From Octopus sinensis (taxonomy: Eukaryota), in NCBI RefSeq assembly GCF_006345805.1, contig NC_042997.1:7254001-7318000 (forward strand): 64,000 nt of DNA. Reading direction: 5' to 3'. Under the pieces are notes generated by a model. That model made no database searches, was not told where the DNA came from, and saw only the letters and a list, made by a program, of their open reading frames with translations. Within the stretch, counting starts at the first letter, position 1, and each line of letters begins with the position of its first letter. The position numbers were made by a program, and so were the translations under genes. Positions 12,631 to 25,574 of the stretch are shown here, in pieces.

Positions 12631-14059
12631 ATATATACAAATATATATATTTATAGAGAGAGAGGGGGGTTAAAAGAACTTCATTTCATAGTCCAGGTTG
12701 GTACAGAACCAGCGTCCATTCTACAATTTGTTTCGGAGTCTAATTAATTTCAAAGATGGAAACGAAAAACTATTCATGAAATAAAAATTACATTCTTCGT
12801 TAGGAATTGCATATTGGCGTGAATTATTACGACAAACAAAAATATACAAAGAGACATTTCATGGACCAGACGGAAACGAACACATAATAATAAAACGAAA
12901 GATAACAAGAACGGCAGATATTGATAACCAGAAAGCAATATATATAATATATATACACACACATATGTGTGTGTGTGTATAGAAGTACTCCGTCGTTTTA
13001 TTAACATTACAATTCACAATATGTAAATATCTAGAAAAGGCATAAATTTATTGAAACAAAGATTAACCACAAAAATAATAGATTTATCTAATCATTACAG
13101 ATTAATAACTACAAACCGATATATTATCCCCTCAAAAGTATGTATATATATATATATATATATATTTATTGTGTGTGCGTTTATTCCCACCCCCATTATC
13201 GTTTTACAACCAATATTGGTGTGCTTGCATCCCTATAACACACAGCGCGATAGAGTAAGTAGTAAGTCGTGAGGTCGATTTCTTCAACTAACAGATTATT
13301 TAATGTGGTGCTCCAGCACGTCTACAATCAAAGGGCTAAAGCAAGTAACAGATTATATGAACATAGAGAGAGAAATACACAAACGCACACACATATATAC
13401 GGATCAAAGCAGTTTGATGTAATTCGTTGGTACACCGAGAGTTTTAAGCGTGATGCTAATCTTCAGCCATTTTGAATTTAAATAAGAGAAGCCGATTGCT
13501 ATTACCGTAAGGTGGACTGCGGTTGGTCGAGGAAGATCACGCGGTGTCGTGCTTTGATGTTAGTATATCGGTGTAACAGCGTAAACAGTTAGTTGGAAAA
13601 TACTGCACGGTGAATAGGAAATGGAACCTGTGGTGGACTGGAAATCGACCGCGTGTTGGAGAGGAAATCGGTCTAGTTGTGAGAGGGAAAGTAGGAAGGT
13701 GTCCTATGTATAGTTTTATAACGTATGGACTCGCTGATATGGTTTTGCGTGCATGTCTGAATTGACGCGAATGTGAGCATCTGTACATGGGCGCGCAAAG
13801 TCACAATTTCCAGCACTAATAATATATAACCAAGATGAAGGGAATCATGCTTTTACAAGTAAATGTTTTAAATGAAAGAAACGCACACATACATACACAT
13901 ACATATGAACGAAAATGACTGCTGAACACATTAGCATCACGCTTGAGACACTGAGCACAAACTAATTTCAATCAAATTTTTTTTATCCATGCATGTAACT
14001 AACAAAAGTTTTGCTGAGTGCCCTTTTTGTGTTTATCAACTCCTTCGTATATATATATA

Positions 14060-14106
<47 letters not shown>

Positions 14107-14114
14107 CATATATA

Positions 14115-14310
14115 TAGGGAGAATCCCCCCACCCCCACTAAAAAAAACGGAGACAGATTGTGTAGACAACAAACATGAATTAGTGTAACGCTCGGGAAGT
14201 GAAGAAGTCTTCAACTTTTGTAGCCTACGCTCTTCCACAGAAAGGAACGCAGAAAGAAACAAGGAGAGAAAATAAAGAATGTGTAGTGGCTAGCGATATG
14301 TATGTACATA
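14115..14310 (-). mobile_element. Penelope-type solo pLTR relic with degenerate hammerhead (14206-14244)
   Basis: Minus strand UUUCUGUGGAAGAGCGUAGGCUACAAAAGUUGAAGACU; homologous in layout to the 23086-23294 element; flanked by TA tracts. Confidence 0.55.
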
Positions 14311-14741
14311 TGTATTTGTGACTACAAATTTCCTTGAGTTTTCGATAGGCAAAAAAGGGATGCCTTGAGCAATCGCTTAAAACTATTTAGATAGTCATCG
14401 AAAATATTCACTTTGCAAACGTTTCTGGTTTACGTAATTCCGTTCAAATTTATTTGAGTTATATAGAAGAATAAACACAGTGTATTCCAAAACATCACAG
14501 GAATAAATGTGACATATTCTCATCATAATGACTTTTTTCGCATACACAGATGAGCATCTGCGGATACGTATACATTTACGCCTCTCACAGTGTTTGTCTG
14601 AATGAATATGAATTAGTCTACATCTATATCTACGTGTATATATCTACCTACCTTTCTAACCATCTGTCAATTCCTGTAACTATGTATCTATCTCTCTATC
14701 TGTCTACGTAACTACCTATTTCCGTAGTCTCTCTGTTCCCG

Positions 14742-14790
<49 letters not shown>

Positions 14791-14855
14791 GTGTGTGTGT
14801 GTGTGTGTGTGCCTATTTATACACCTGCACAATTACACACACACACACACACACA

Positions 14856-14899
<44 letters not shown>

Positions 14900-15019
14900 C
14901 AAAAAGCAATAAAGATTCAAGTTAATTTAAATGAATTTACTTGAATATGGTACCTAACTTAGATGCACCAAAAAAAAACTATACTGTTTTAACCATACAG
15001 TAATGTGGGGTGATTATAA

Positions 15020-15804
15020 GCGAGAAAGAAGCAACAAGAATGGATAGGTTTTTAGTACAATCGTTTCATACAAGGACAGGCTTTATTAAGCTCCCTCCTC
15101 CCTTATTTTCTCTCTTTTCTTCTATTCCCTTCCCTTTCTATTCTTGGCCTCTCCAGAAGGCCCTTCAGCCTTTATAAGTTAAATAGCTACAGCCTCTTGT
15201 AAATAGCAGTAATGTGATTAATGTGGCAAATACCTAATCATATAACAAGAATTGATACCTACCTCATTGTGTTCAACCATTGATAAATTTATCGCCTGTG
15301 AATATGAAATTCCTCTTCATTTCTCTGGAAACTTACATCTACACCATTGGAAATTGTGCATCTATACAAAGGATTAATTCACCCTCTCTGTAATGCTAAT
15401 AAGCAGGAATTGAGACCCACCTCTTTGTGATTAACAATGGATAAATTTGTCTTCTGTGAGTATGTAATCCCTCATCATATCTCTGGAAATTCATATGTGC
15501 TCTATGGATTAGGTCACCTTCTCTGTGATGCTATTAGAACTTTTTTTAAATTCTGTGATAAGACTGTACAGCATCTTTAAAGAACTTTAATGAACTTTGG
15601 GAATCTGTTTATGTTACTTAATTATCTACATTACTTCATGAGTATAGCCTCAACCACTAGGATGTCTAGAGAACTCACATGTATTTTAGCTGATGAGTAC
15701 GGGACACGTTTATATGCTATAATTTTTACAACTTTTAATAAAGCCTGTCCTTGTATGAAACGATTGTACTAAAAACCTATCCATTCTTGTTGCTTCTTTC
15801 TCGC
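15020..15804. mobile_element. MITE / non-autonomous DNA transposon with perfect 70-bp TIRs
   Basis: 15020-15089 is the exact reverse complement of 15735-15804; TATA flanks one base further out; internal degenerate direct repeat (~15260-15410 vs ~15418-15540); no ORF. Confidence 0.9.
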
Positions 15805-15825
15805 GTATATATATATATATATATA

Positions 15826-16221
15826 TTTATATATAAAAGTAAGGTTGTGTGTCTGTCTCCTACGAATCAGATTCCTAACTACTCCCACATTTTGCGGTGC
15901 AGTTTACCCAAATCCGGGTATCCTATAGTTGTGATTCATATCGAGCCATTCTGGGTATTAGCGCACGTCTACGATGAGTCTACGACTTTAAAAAAATTAG
16001 CATAATTTTTTTCCATTTCAATGCATTTTTTCGCTATTATATACGGGAAATAACTCTCTAAAAATTCTACGATGAGTCAACGATTTAAAAAACAAATTAC
16101 CATCATTTTCTGTTCCATTTCTAATGCATTTTTTTTTTCTATTTTTTGGCTATAACTCTCTAAAAATGCTTATATATTTATTTCCCTTACAAACCCGAGC
16201 AACGCCGGGCGATACTGCTAG
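15826..16221 (+). mobile_element. Non-autonomous Helitron
   Basis: 5' T(T/C)TATATATAAAA start; 3' hairpin CCCG-AGCAACGC-CGGG (16194-16209) followed by CTAG|T (16218-16222); internal ~100-bp tandem duplication. Confidence 0.8.
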
Positions 16222-17019
16222 TACATATATATAAACGCACATATACATTTCTTGATATGTACGTGTGTGCCTATCTATTCACACAGAAATTATTAGTGGG
16301 CATATCAATAAGCACTTACTCATAAACAACCACAAACGTATATGTTTACAGATGTGCATATGCACGTATATACATATTTGTGTGTGTATGTAAAAGTGAA
16401 AGTGTTTATATTTGAATTTAATTAAATGCGAACACTTTAAGATAATTTGAGTAAAATATGAGTGCATATGTAGAGATAATGTGAACATGCATATTCATAC
16501 ATACTAACGTACATATACAGACACATGCTAAACACTTCGGCAGCTAACGCAGGTACATTTGTGCATGTATGCACATATTGAAGCTAATCATTTTGAAGCA
16601 TGCTTATTGGATAAATCCTGATTTAATTTATTTTTCCTATAGTATCCTTTACTGTAAAACTTATGTTTTAATTTTTTTTTTACGATGATCCAGTTTTCCG
16701 GTCGGATAAGCATTTTAATATGCTTAAATATTTGCTAAACTACTTCACGCTTCATAGTTTATAGAGTTTGCAATGAAATGTGTCCAATTTATACGGATTT
16801 TGTTTGCTCATTGTGATGATGGAGATTACTCATAACAGTTTAGATTTTCCTCAAAACGTTAAATCGAAAGCAATACTAAGTATATGATTTCTCGTTTTTT
16901 TTTTTAAGTGAAACTTGATTTTTTTTTTATATTTGGGGTGAATATTAAAATATAATGAAAAGTGTACATGAAAAATATGCCATGTCTATAAATGTCGTAA
17001 TGTTATTGATGATAATACA

Positions 17020-19150
17020 ATCATGGGTTAACTGTAAGTGGATTCTCATATATTAATTACTGTTATTTATTCATCTATACATTCCTAGACTGCTTATGTA
17101 AAATATAGAATTAATATAATGGCAGAAATAATCACGCAGTTATTAAATCGTAAACATTACACAATATCTAACAACGAATATAAAAAAAAATCTGATACAG
17201 AATAAATTAAATTGGCTCAAGAAGAAATTGATTAAATGATCGCATATATCACCCAAAGTGATTTTCTAGGGAATCGTTATCAAATATTTCTAATTTAACT
17301 CTATCAATATAAATTAACAGGCACATCATAAAACGTTTCTCTAACATATAATTTTCTTAGTTCAGCGTAACAGCAATTTATAAATGTGTGTATATATATA
17401 TATTTATGTATATTAGAGCCTGTGCATCAAAATAAAATGCAGGCTTTTATATCGACATTTAACACAATCGTGTATATTGAAAGCCGGAAACAGATTTACT
17501 GAACATTTTTTTCTCTGACAAGGAGATCTTCTATACGAAACATTTACGAAAAACACAATGTTATAATTTGAATAACATCGAAGGACAGCAGGAAACGTGC
17601 ATAAGCATTGTTACGCTTCATCAATCACGGATACTGAATCTATACTTCACATCCCACTAAAAACTGAGGTTTTGATTCAAATAATAATTTTGTTGATGTG
17701 CCCAACGTTTTGTTATATTCGAATTGATTAATTACAGTTACAATTGACAACGTTGATTAAAATATATGAGCATACGGTTAGATATAACTCCACCGTGTAT
17801 ACTGAAACATAGGAAATAGTTTGCTGCAGAAAGTGCAGAAACAGAAAGTGGTTATTCTAGATTAAGCATAATGAGGTAGGCACACATACATAGAGACAGA
17901 GAGACAGAAACATAAATAGATAGATCGAGAGATAGATAGATAGATAACTGAAGTATAATTGCGTTGGTGTAGACATATTTTTCTTTCACTCTCCTGACTA
18001 TCTGCATGCATCAATATGATTGTAAGACAATGTGAAGAAGAAATTCGGTAAGTCCTCTTAGTCACTGATAGAGATTGGTGACCATGAATTTGTAATATCT
18101 TTAAAACAGGAGAAAAATCGGAGACATACCAACACAACATTAACTCTTACTCGCAAATAATGATTACCACGTATCAGTTTCTGCTTCATAAACATGGAAT
18201 CAACGCAATCTCCTAATATTTCATCAATATCTAATATTTAAACAGCGACAGAAATTTAAGCGTAAATAAATGTAATTCGTGTCCTGCGTAAAGAGAAATG
18301 ATACCAAAGAGTAAGTTTATTAAAAATTTGGGGAATTTAATAGCAATAAACTAGGGCAAGTTGTTTTCAAGTTGTACACATTCAGTACAGCCTTCACCTG
18401 CCTGCTAATTTGAATTTATCTCAACAGAAAAAAAAACAAATATCCGACACGAAAGTTTATATTTATAATTTATTTGCATATTCCACGTACATAATCTCAA
18501 TTTTATCAAATGACTACTGATGTATGACATACTGCAATGTAAACATTGAAAACACGGGCAAAGTAAGCAGTTTCCACTCGTCATTTTCAGCAGTTACATA
18601 TATTTTTAGATATTGAAATATTGAACTAGAATGATATGTTAAATTATAATCTAGAGCTATCGTCCGATATCATTTAAATACTACTGACAAGGTAATCAAG
18701 TTTAGCGATGAATGGAGGGCATATATTCGTTTATAAAACATCCTAAACCTTTGTATAATAACCACCCACCCGACACTCAATAGTAACAAAATATAGATAC
18801 AGTGGTTATATCTATAGCCAGTTATGCAAAGAGCACGAGAGAAAGTAGAGATAAAACATACCTTCGGATGAACATGCAATGTGTTTATATTAGATGTACA
18901 TAAATTAAAATAAATATTTACTGTAAAATGTTTCAGAAGCCCCACCAATAAACTGTCTATATAATAAATGTCGTTCAATGAATAATATAGATCATGTGGA
19001 CTTTTTTCTGCATTGGATTGAAATCAATTTTAGCTAAAGTGAATGTGAATTTAAGTACAGTCAAATCAATAAATGTGTATGTTCTACAACATAGCTAATG
19101 GTCACATAATCGCCCTTTTATGGTTCAGAAATAAATTACGCCTCTTTACG
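17020..19150 (+). pseudogene. Decayed LRR-LRRCT coding relic
   Basis: QLLNRKHYTISNNEY (~17135), SLSNISNLTL (~17275), STFNTIVYIES (~17453), FDSNNNFVDVPNVL (17671-17712), TLNSNKI (~18773), FFLHWI LRRCT-like (~19003). Confidence 0.42.
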
Positions 19151-20261
19151 GTGAGTCGGATATGATGATTTAAAAAGTAAATTGATAAAATATATGTCTC
19201 AAATTCCAGGAATAAGATCAATAATATATTACCAAGATGAGGGGAATAATAATGTTACAAGTGAATATTTAAAATGAACAAAACTCTTGTCTGACTTGCA
19301 ATATTTATTTTGTATTCTCTGTGAGCTGCACTAAAGAGCATCGTAAATGCATCATAAATGTTTTGTATGTGATCATGAAAACGGCATAATTTCCTTTATA
19401 ACTTCAAAAACGTATGTCTCAACGAACAATTAGCTTAACATTTAGCCTTGTCAATTTTTCCACTACCAGCTAATATATTCTACTTGCCACAGGAAGAAAT
19501 TTGATAACATAAATATATACTTGCTCCAGAAAAAAAAAAAAAATGAAAATATGAACTGAAGTCACTCAATAAAAAATTATATATTTAAAGAAATAATTTA
19601 GATGTCAACATTTATTACTTGATTAGCAATATGTTTTCAGGTATTACATGCACAATATGTCGGGTAATATGTTCTCAGTTCGTGGAGTTTTACTGAGGTT
19701 TCTTTAGACGTTTATAAATGTTAATCTGTCAGAACATTGTTGCGATCTAAATCAACGTGTTAATCTTGAGTAATACTGGGAAACCTATTTTTGATTTACT
19801 TGCAGCTCTATAAATTTTATTTTGTTTTTGCTTATTTTCACGTATCTCATTACTTAGCGAGTATTGGTATGCCTTTGTTAGATGACACTTTTAAACAAAA
19901 ATTTTGATTTATGCTTAATCAGATATGTCAATATCCTCGATATCTAAAAGGCTTAATTTAACGTCGTCCATATTTAAAAGTCAAGACAATGGATTTCGAT
20001 CTTTGCCCCAATCGAACTTGTTAGACGTAGCACGCAATATTGATGTTAGCTTTTTATTGTCTCTACACTATTTAAGTAGCTAATTTGAATACAAAACAAT
20101 AAACATATCAAATGATGATTTTTCGTGAATTTAACGTTTCTCTTTTCGGATAAAGATATAAAATTTACTTTGATAAAATATAATAAAATTACACTGGGAA
20201 TATATTTCAAGTTAACAATCTGATCATACATAATACAGTTCTATATGTAAGAGATGAGGAA

Positions 20262-20420
20262 TTACGTACGTTATTTACATTTGACGGATATTTGACCTCA
20301 AATTGTTTGTTGTTAACACAACATTTCGGCTGATATACACTCCAGCCTTCATCAGGTGTCTTGGGGAAATTTCGAACCTGGGTTCTGATTCCTAAAGCCT
20401 TTTTCGATGATATTGTTATA
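20262..20420 (-). mobile_element. Short Penelope-type LTR relic carrying a hammerhead
   Basis: Hammerhead core present; abuts (ATT)n. Confidence 0.6.
20315..20360 (-). ncRNA. Minimal type I hammerhead ribozyme
   Basis: GACAC-CUGAUGA-A-GGCUG(GAGUGUAUAU)CAGCC-GAAA-UG-UU-GUGUU: intact CUGAUGA and GAAA boxes, 5-bp stems I and II, GUU site. Confidence 0.7.
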
Positions 20421-20489
<69 letters not shown>

Positions 20490-20599
20490 ATTCAGGCCAC
20501 AATATATACATAGAAACACACACATACATACAGATTAACTCACAAATATAGATGTATGCATATGTGCATACATATGCACTACTATATGCGCTGTCATAT

Positions 20600-21520
20600 T
20601 TCTTAGATATTCCCGATTACTTAAATTTATTCGGCATATCTAGGTTCCATTGACATACTTTCACAATTGAATATCATCAGATAAACATAGTTGTGGAATT
20701 TAATAAAATGTATATTGTTCAACGTGACACCAACATTTGAGCTTGTCTGTCAGCAATTAACTGTACTATACTATTTGCATGTATGGTCCTTTCTGATTAT
20801 ATCTTCAGGATAAACTATTTCCCTTGGGTCGCAGAATTATACAATGCCTTGACAGCGCTTATTTTTGCCTTACACACATTTTGTAAAGCAACAAATGCTG
20901 CACGCCAACAACCACAAGTTATATTTTCTCCAGAGAACATCAGCTATCAGGAATTCCTCCCCGCTCATAATTGCATAGCAGACAACTCATTTTGATGAAA
21001 GAATGTAAACCCTTTAGATCAAGTTGCTTTCATAGAAAATGTAAAGAACTTGGTAGAAATGGTTTCCTGATAAAAAGGGATCAATTAATCTTTGCATTTC
21101 TACTTATGTATTACGTTTATCGAAACGCAAACCTTACATCAAACACGAAATTATTAAATTGGGACGTGAACTAAGTCCAAAACATATAACGAACATTGAG
21201 AGAAAAGAATGAAACAGCGAATTACTCATTAGAAGAAATTATTTGTCTGAAGTTTGTACAACACCAGCATATTTTTTAACAAGATTCATTACATATATAA
21301 ATGTACATAAATTATGCTTTAGTATAAATCTTCAAATATTTATGAATCAACGGATAAGTTACTGAATAAGGTTATTTTGTGCAATTGATCTTAGTCGTGT
21401 TGTCTTGTGCTCTCTGTTCAATAATATATAAACTTATTTAAATCCGTTTTAAATCCGTACAGTATTCAAATGTATGCATAACTTTTATTTTGCATATTAC
21501 ATAAAATCCAAAAATGTTTT
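20600..21520 (+). pseudogene. Decayed LRR-LRRCT coding relic
   Basis: VEFNKMYIVQRDT (~20695); one frame reads QEFLPAHNCIADNSF**KNVNPLDQVAFIENVKNLVEM (20948-21061); CITFIETQTL; LLIRRNYLSEV; YLNPF (21435-21449). Confidence 0.48.
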
Positions 21521-22069
21521 ATGCTGCTAAAATAATATTCTATTTTTAAAACTATAGAACTAAATAAATATATTTTCAGTATTTTAACTCCAACTAACAG
21601 GATTGCCCAGGATTTAGTTACGATTATTAAGTTAATACAGGTCTTTATTTCAAACCATACTAAGTAATATAGACGTCAAATTTGGGCGAAATCCGTTGAA
21701 ATTAGGTATAGTATATATATTATATATTATATATATATATTTTTTATAATATAGATTTATATTTATATTATATTATACTATATAACGATTACAATATATT
21801 TATATTTAAAATAAATATACTGGAATTGTTGTATGAGAAAGTATATATACTATGATTATAAAATATAGTGTCTTTCAAAAACAAAAAACAAAACATTTTA
21901 CATTTTATTTTTTATGAACGTCATAACTTACTCTCTCTCTCTCTCTCCCCTCTCTCACTTTGTCTTTCCCGTGAAACTCTCTGCCTACTTCTTCTACTTT
22001 TCTTTTTTTTGTTAGACGCCGGCAAAACAGCCATGCTAATATTTTTGTGGCTAAAAGCTATGTTTGAAA

Positions 22070-22257
22070 CTAGATATTTACGCTACCCACGGGTGCCTCG
22101 GGGTAAAAATAAGTTGACAAAACCCAGATAGGGTGTTGACAAATGTCATCCTAAAATTTGTGCGACAGGCGTGCTAATTCGTGGACGTGCATAAATTACA
22201 ATCACGTACAGACACGCACACACACGCGCACACACACTGTCCCTTTTATAGATATGA
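22070..22257 (-). mobile_element. Short non-autonomous Helitron
   Basis: Minus-strand 3' end: hairpin TACCC...GGGTA (22084-22105), then 10 nt and CTAG|T; 5' end TCATATCTATAAAAGGGACAGTGTGTG resembles the start of the 15826 element. Confidence 0.65.
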
Positions 22258-23003
22258 TGTTAAAGAGAATTATGTGTGTGTGCGTATTCATGCGCTCGGG
22301 TACGTAAGTAAGGAGGTGCATGTGTGTCTGAATATATGTCTGCATGAACGTATAAGGAAGTATAGGGAGCAGAAGAAGCCAATGAAACCCAGGGTTACAG
22401 GAAATGTCATATGAAATAAACGCGTTTAAAGTTTCCATTAACGAAATAGTCTGTTGTATGTACACATGGCAAGTGCAGTATAATTGTCGATGATTTTGAA
22501 TCCAAACAAGTAAGGTTGGCTTTATACAGCAGTATTTAGAGGCTTCTATCTTCAAAGGTTACCCAGAGTAAATTTAAACGAATTATTTGTAGAACAATAA
22601 GATAGAAAGGTTAATCCACTCCACAGCCACAAATAATATGAGAATATGTATGCCCTCCTCCTCCAGACAGCACTTGTTTATGAATTTGTGTTTCAAAATA
22701 CGAAATATGTTTAGTGCCAATAAAATGTTGTCACTCGAGACCGGTAAAGACTGTTCTTCAATTTAGTGCTTAACGACCTACACAGTTCTATTGTGTGTCA
22801 AACGTTGAAGTGGTCACAAAGCAATGTGAGATGACGTGTTTTGTTTAATTATGCAACGCTCACCCCGTCGTGAGCGTCAGTAGAACAAAACTGAACACTT
22901 GACCACGCGTAATATGACAGATACACATACACATGTACACACATATTCAAGCATATACATATGTATGTATATATGTATGTATATATGTATGTATGTATGT
23001 ATT

Positions 23004-23080
<77 letters not shown>

Positions 23081-23085
23081 ATACA

Positions 23086-23294
23086 TTCCAAAAGTGACTA
23101 CGTGTGTACCGTTGGCGATTTTTTTTCCTCTGTCTTCCCTTCTCTGGATCTTTCCTTATCCTATGTTTCCGACGAAGAGCTCCGCTCGAAACGTTAGAAC
23201 CTCCTTCTTTACTTCTTTCTTGAGCGTCCAATAATACGATGTTTGTTCCACGTCCAGCGTTGTTTTTTTTTGTGCTTTCTTGTTTGGATTAACT
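23086..23294 (+). mobile_element. Penelope-type solo pLTR in (TA)n with variant hammerhead (23165-23200)
   Basis: UUU-CCGACGA-A-GAGC(UCC)GCUC-GAAA-CG-UU-AGAA; palindromic AACGUU stem III; (TA)n on both sides. Confidence 0.6.
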
Positions 23295-23295
23295 T

Positions 23296-23358
<63 letters not shown>

Positions 23359-23694
23359 GTGTGTTGAAAATTGTAAAAAGTGTATATATGTATATATTTG
23401 TGTGTGTGTCTGATGTTATACTAACTTACTATACTCATATTTATATCAATTTAAATTTTGAGTCATTAAGAATATTCCATTGTATTACAGAGGTAATTCA
23501 GTTAATTTTTCGGGAGCAAATTACTATTTAGTATACTGTGGCACATTAAGGATAGACACGAATAATAACACACAGCACACACAACACATCCATGTAGACA
23601 CCCACAAACACAAATACACACACAAACACATACAGACACACAAAAACGCATATGCACTCCACCGCAAACATATATGCATATATTTATAGACATT

Positions 23695-23860
23695 TACATA
23701 CCGAAATACTTTTGTACGTAAGTTCTCGTCTACCAAATCGCCGCACAAGGCGTTGAACGGCCCGTGGCTATAGTTGAAGAAACTTGTATAATACGCCACG
23801 CAGTGAGATTGATCCTGGAACCATGTTGTTCCGGGATCAGTCTCATAACCACACAGTCTC
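23695..23860 (-). mobile_element. tRNA-derived SINE (same family as 31617-31770)
   Basis: Reverse complement matches GGTTCCAGGATCAATCTCACTGCGTGGC...CCTTGTG..GATTTGGTAGACG; adjacent ACCACACAGTCTCACA tandem copies. Confidence 0.7.
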
Positions 23861-24769
23861 ACAACCACACAGTCTCACAACCACACAGTCTCACAATTGT
23901 GAAGCAACATCTATGAATTATGTCAGTCTCACAATTGCGAAGTAACGTCTATAATTATGACCCATAGCTATCTGTAATTTAATACAATAAAGTGTAAACT
24001 GGTGTTCCGTTGTGCTTCAGCATCTAAAAGCTCGGAAAACCTACTACGAGCTCTAAGCTGCCTGCAAAGTTGAAACATGCGTGGGAAGATTCTAACCATG
24101 TATTTATCCTTACTTTGCAAACACACAAAAAAAGCGCGCACACACACACAAACACACACACTCGCGCACACAGGCATACACTCACACACACCCACACACA
24201 CACACGCATATATATACATATGCAAACATATATTATAGTTTAATTTTGTTTAAATTTTAACGGCGCTGTTACACATCTCTAGATAGATACTTACGCTCTC
24301 TCTATATATAGCAGACTAGCCAGGTGAATTCGCGTTCGTGATGAATCTGGTATATTTTACGAATGAGTAGCACCTACAGGGGCGAATTTTTCGCTGGTTC
24401 TCAGGTATATGGTGTTTTTCATACTCTGAAAGGGACTTTCTCCGGACGAAATACTGCAAACTGAAAGCATTTCTACCAAACACACACACACATTAAGAAT
24501 AATACATAAATAATATATATTAACGGTTTTGATACAGCTTATTCTTTGGCATGTTGAGGTTGTATTTGCATCAGACCGGTTAAATTTTTTTGTGGTCTGC
24601 AATAAAAGACAACATCGTGAAAAAAATATTTCACATAATTTAATATTTGGTAATAATATTAATGCTAGAAATATGGCTGTGTTAAACGAAAAAAAAAGAT
24701 ATTTCATATAATTTAATATATGGTAATAATATTAATGCTATAGCAATGGCTGTTTTATGCGAGGGAAGA

Positions 24770-25230
24770 ATGTATAAGAGAATTAAAAACTTCTATGACC
24801 GTATTTCAAGACAATTCAGCATAAGATATCACTTTTGTCAAAAAGTTACAAAATTTTCAAATTATAATTGTTAGCTGGCCTCCAAATAATCTGTTATTAA
24901 TTGCCGAAAATTTAATCTTCTTAGGATATCCTTAATTCAATACTCTGCTATTTTTTCTGGTAAAACGTGGAATTTTTCTCCGAAAACTATGTATTCCATA
25001 TAACTGAAATGTATTATAAAGACAAAGTTTTCAAAAAATGACTTCCTTCGAAAATAGATATTCCTCACGAAATATTGAGTTTATGTGCCTACAACGGAAA
25101 AGGCACGCAATGATTATTGTAACTGGAAGTTTGTTCACAATCTCTAGAAAGCGCTCCTTAATTTCTTACATTTTGGTCATTCATTTTCCATCATAACATT
25201 TTAAATAATTTTATATATACTTCCATTTGG
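24770..25230 (+). pseudogene. Decayed LRR-coding relic
   Basis: Single frame: DITFVKKLQNFQII ... LRKLCIPYN*NVL*RQSFQKMTSFENRYSSRNIE (24978-25079). Confidence 0.48.
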
Positions 25231-25510
25231 TGTGTATATGTATGTGTGCATATCAAAATAATGTGCAAATGCAGTTATAATTTATTTGCACGTGCTTCAC
25301 CGTATTTTGTGAACGAACTACTGCATATGCCAACCTTGGTGCTACACAAACGGAAGTGATATGATTTGAAAACGATTTTGAATCTATTCACATAATTCGC
25401 TCTTCTCCTATTTCCGCATAATTTATGTTTCTAATTCATATCCGTCTCTCATTTTATTATTTTTATCATCATCATCATCATCATCATCATTATTATTATT
25501 ATTATTATTA

Positions 25511-25543
<33 letters not shown>

Positions 25544-25574
25544 GATTATGATTATTATTATTATTATTATTATT

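Noticed and set aside
24315-24770. Possible Helitron (ACTAG end, ~70-bp tandem duplication)
   Set aside because: Terminal hairpin is weak and no clear 5' end was found
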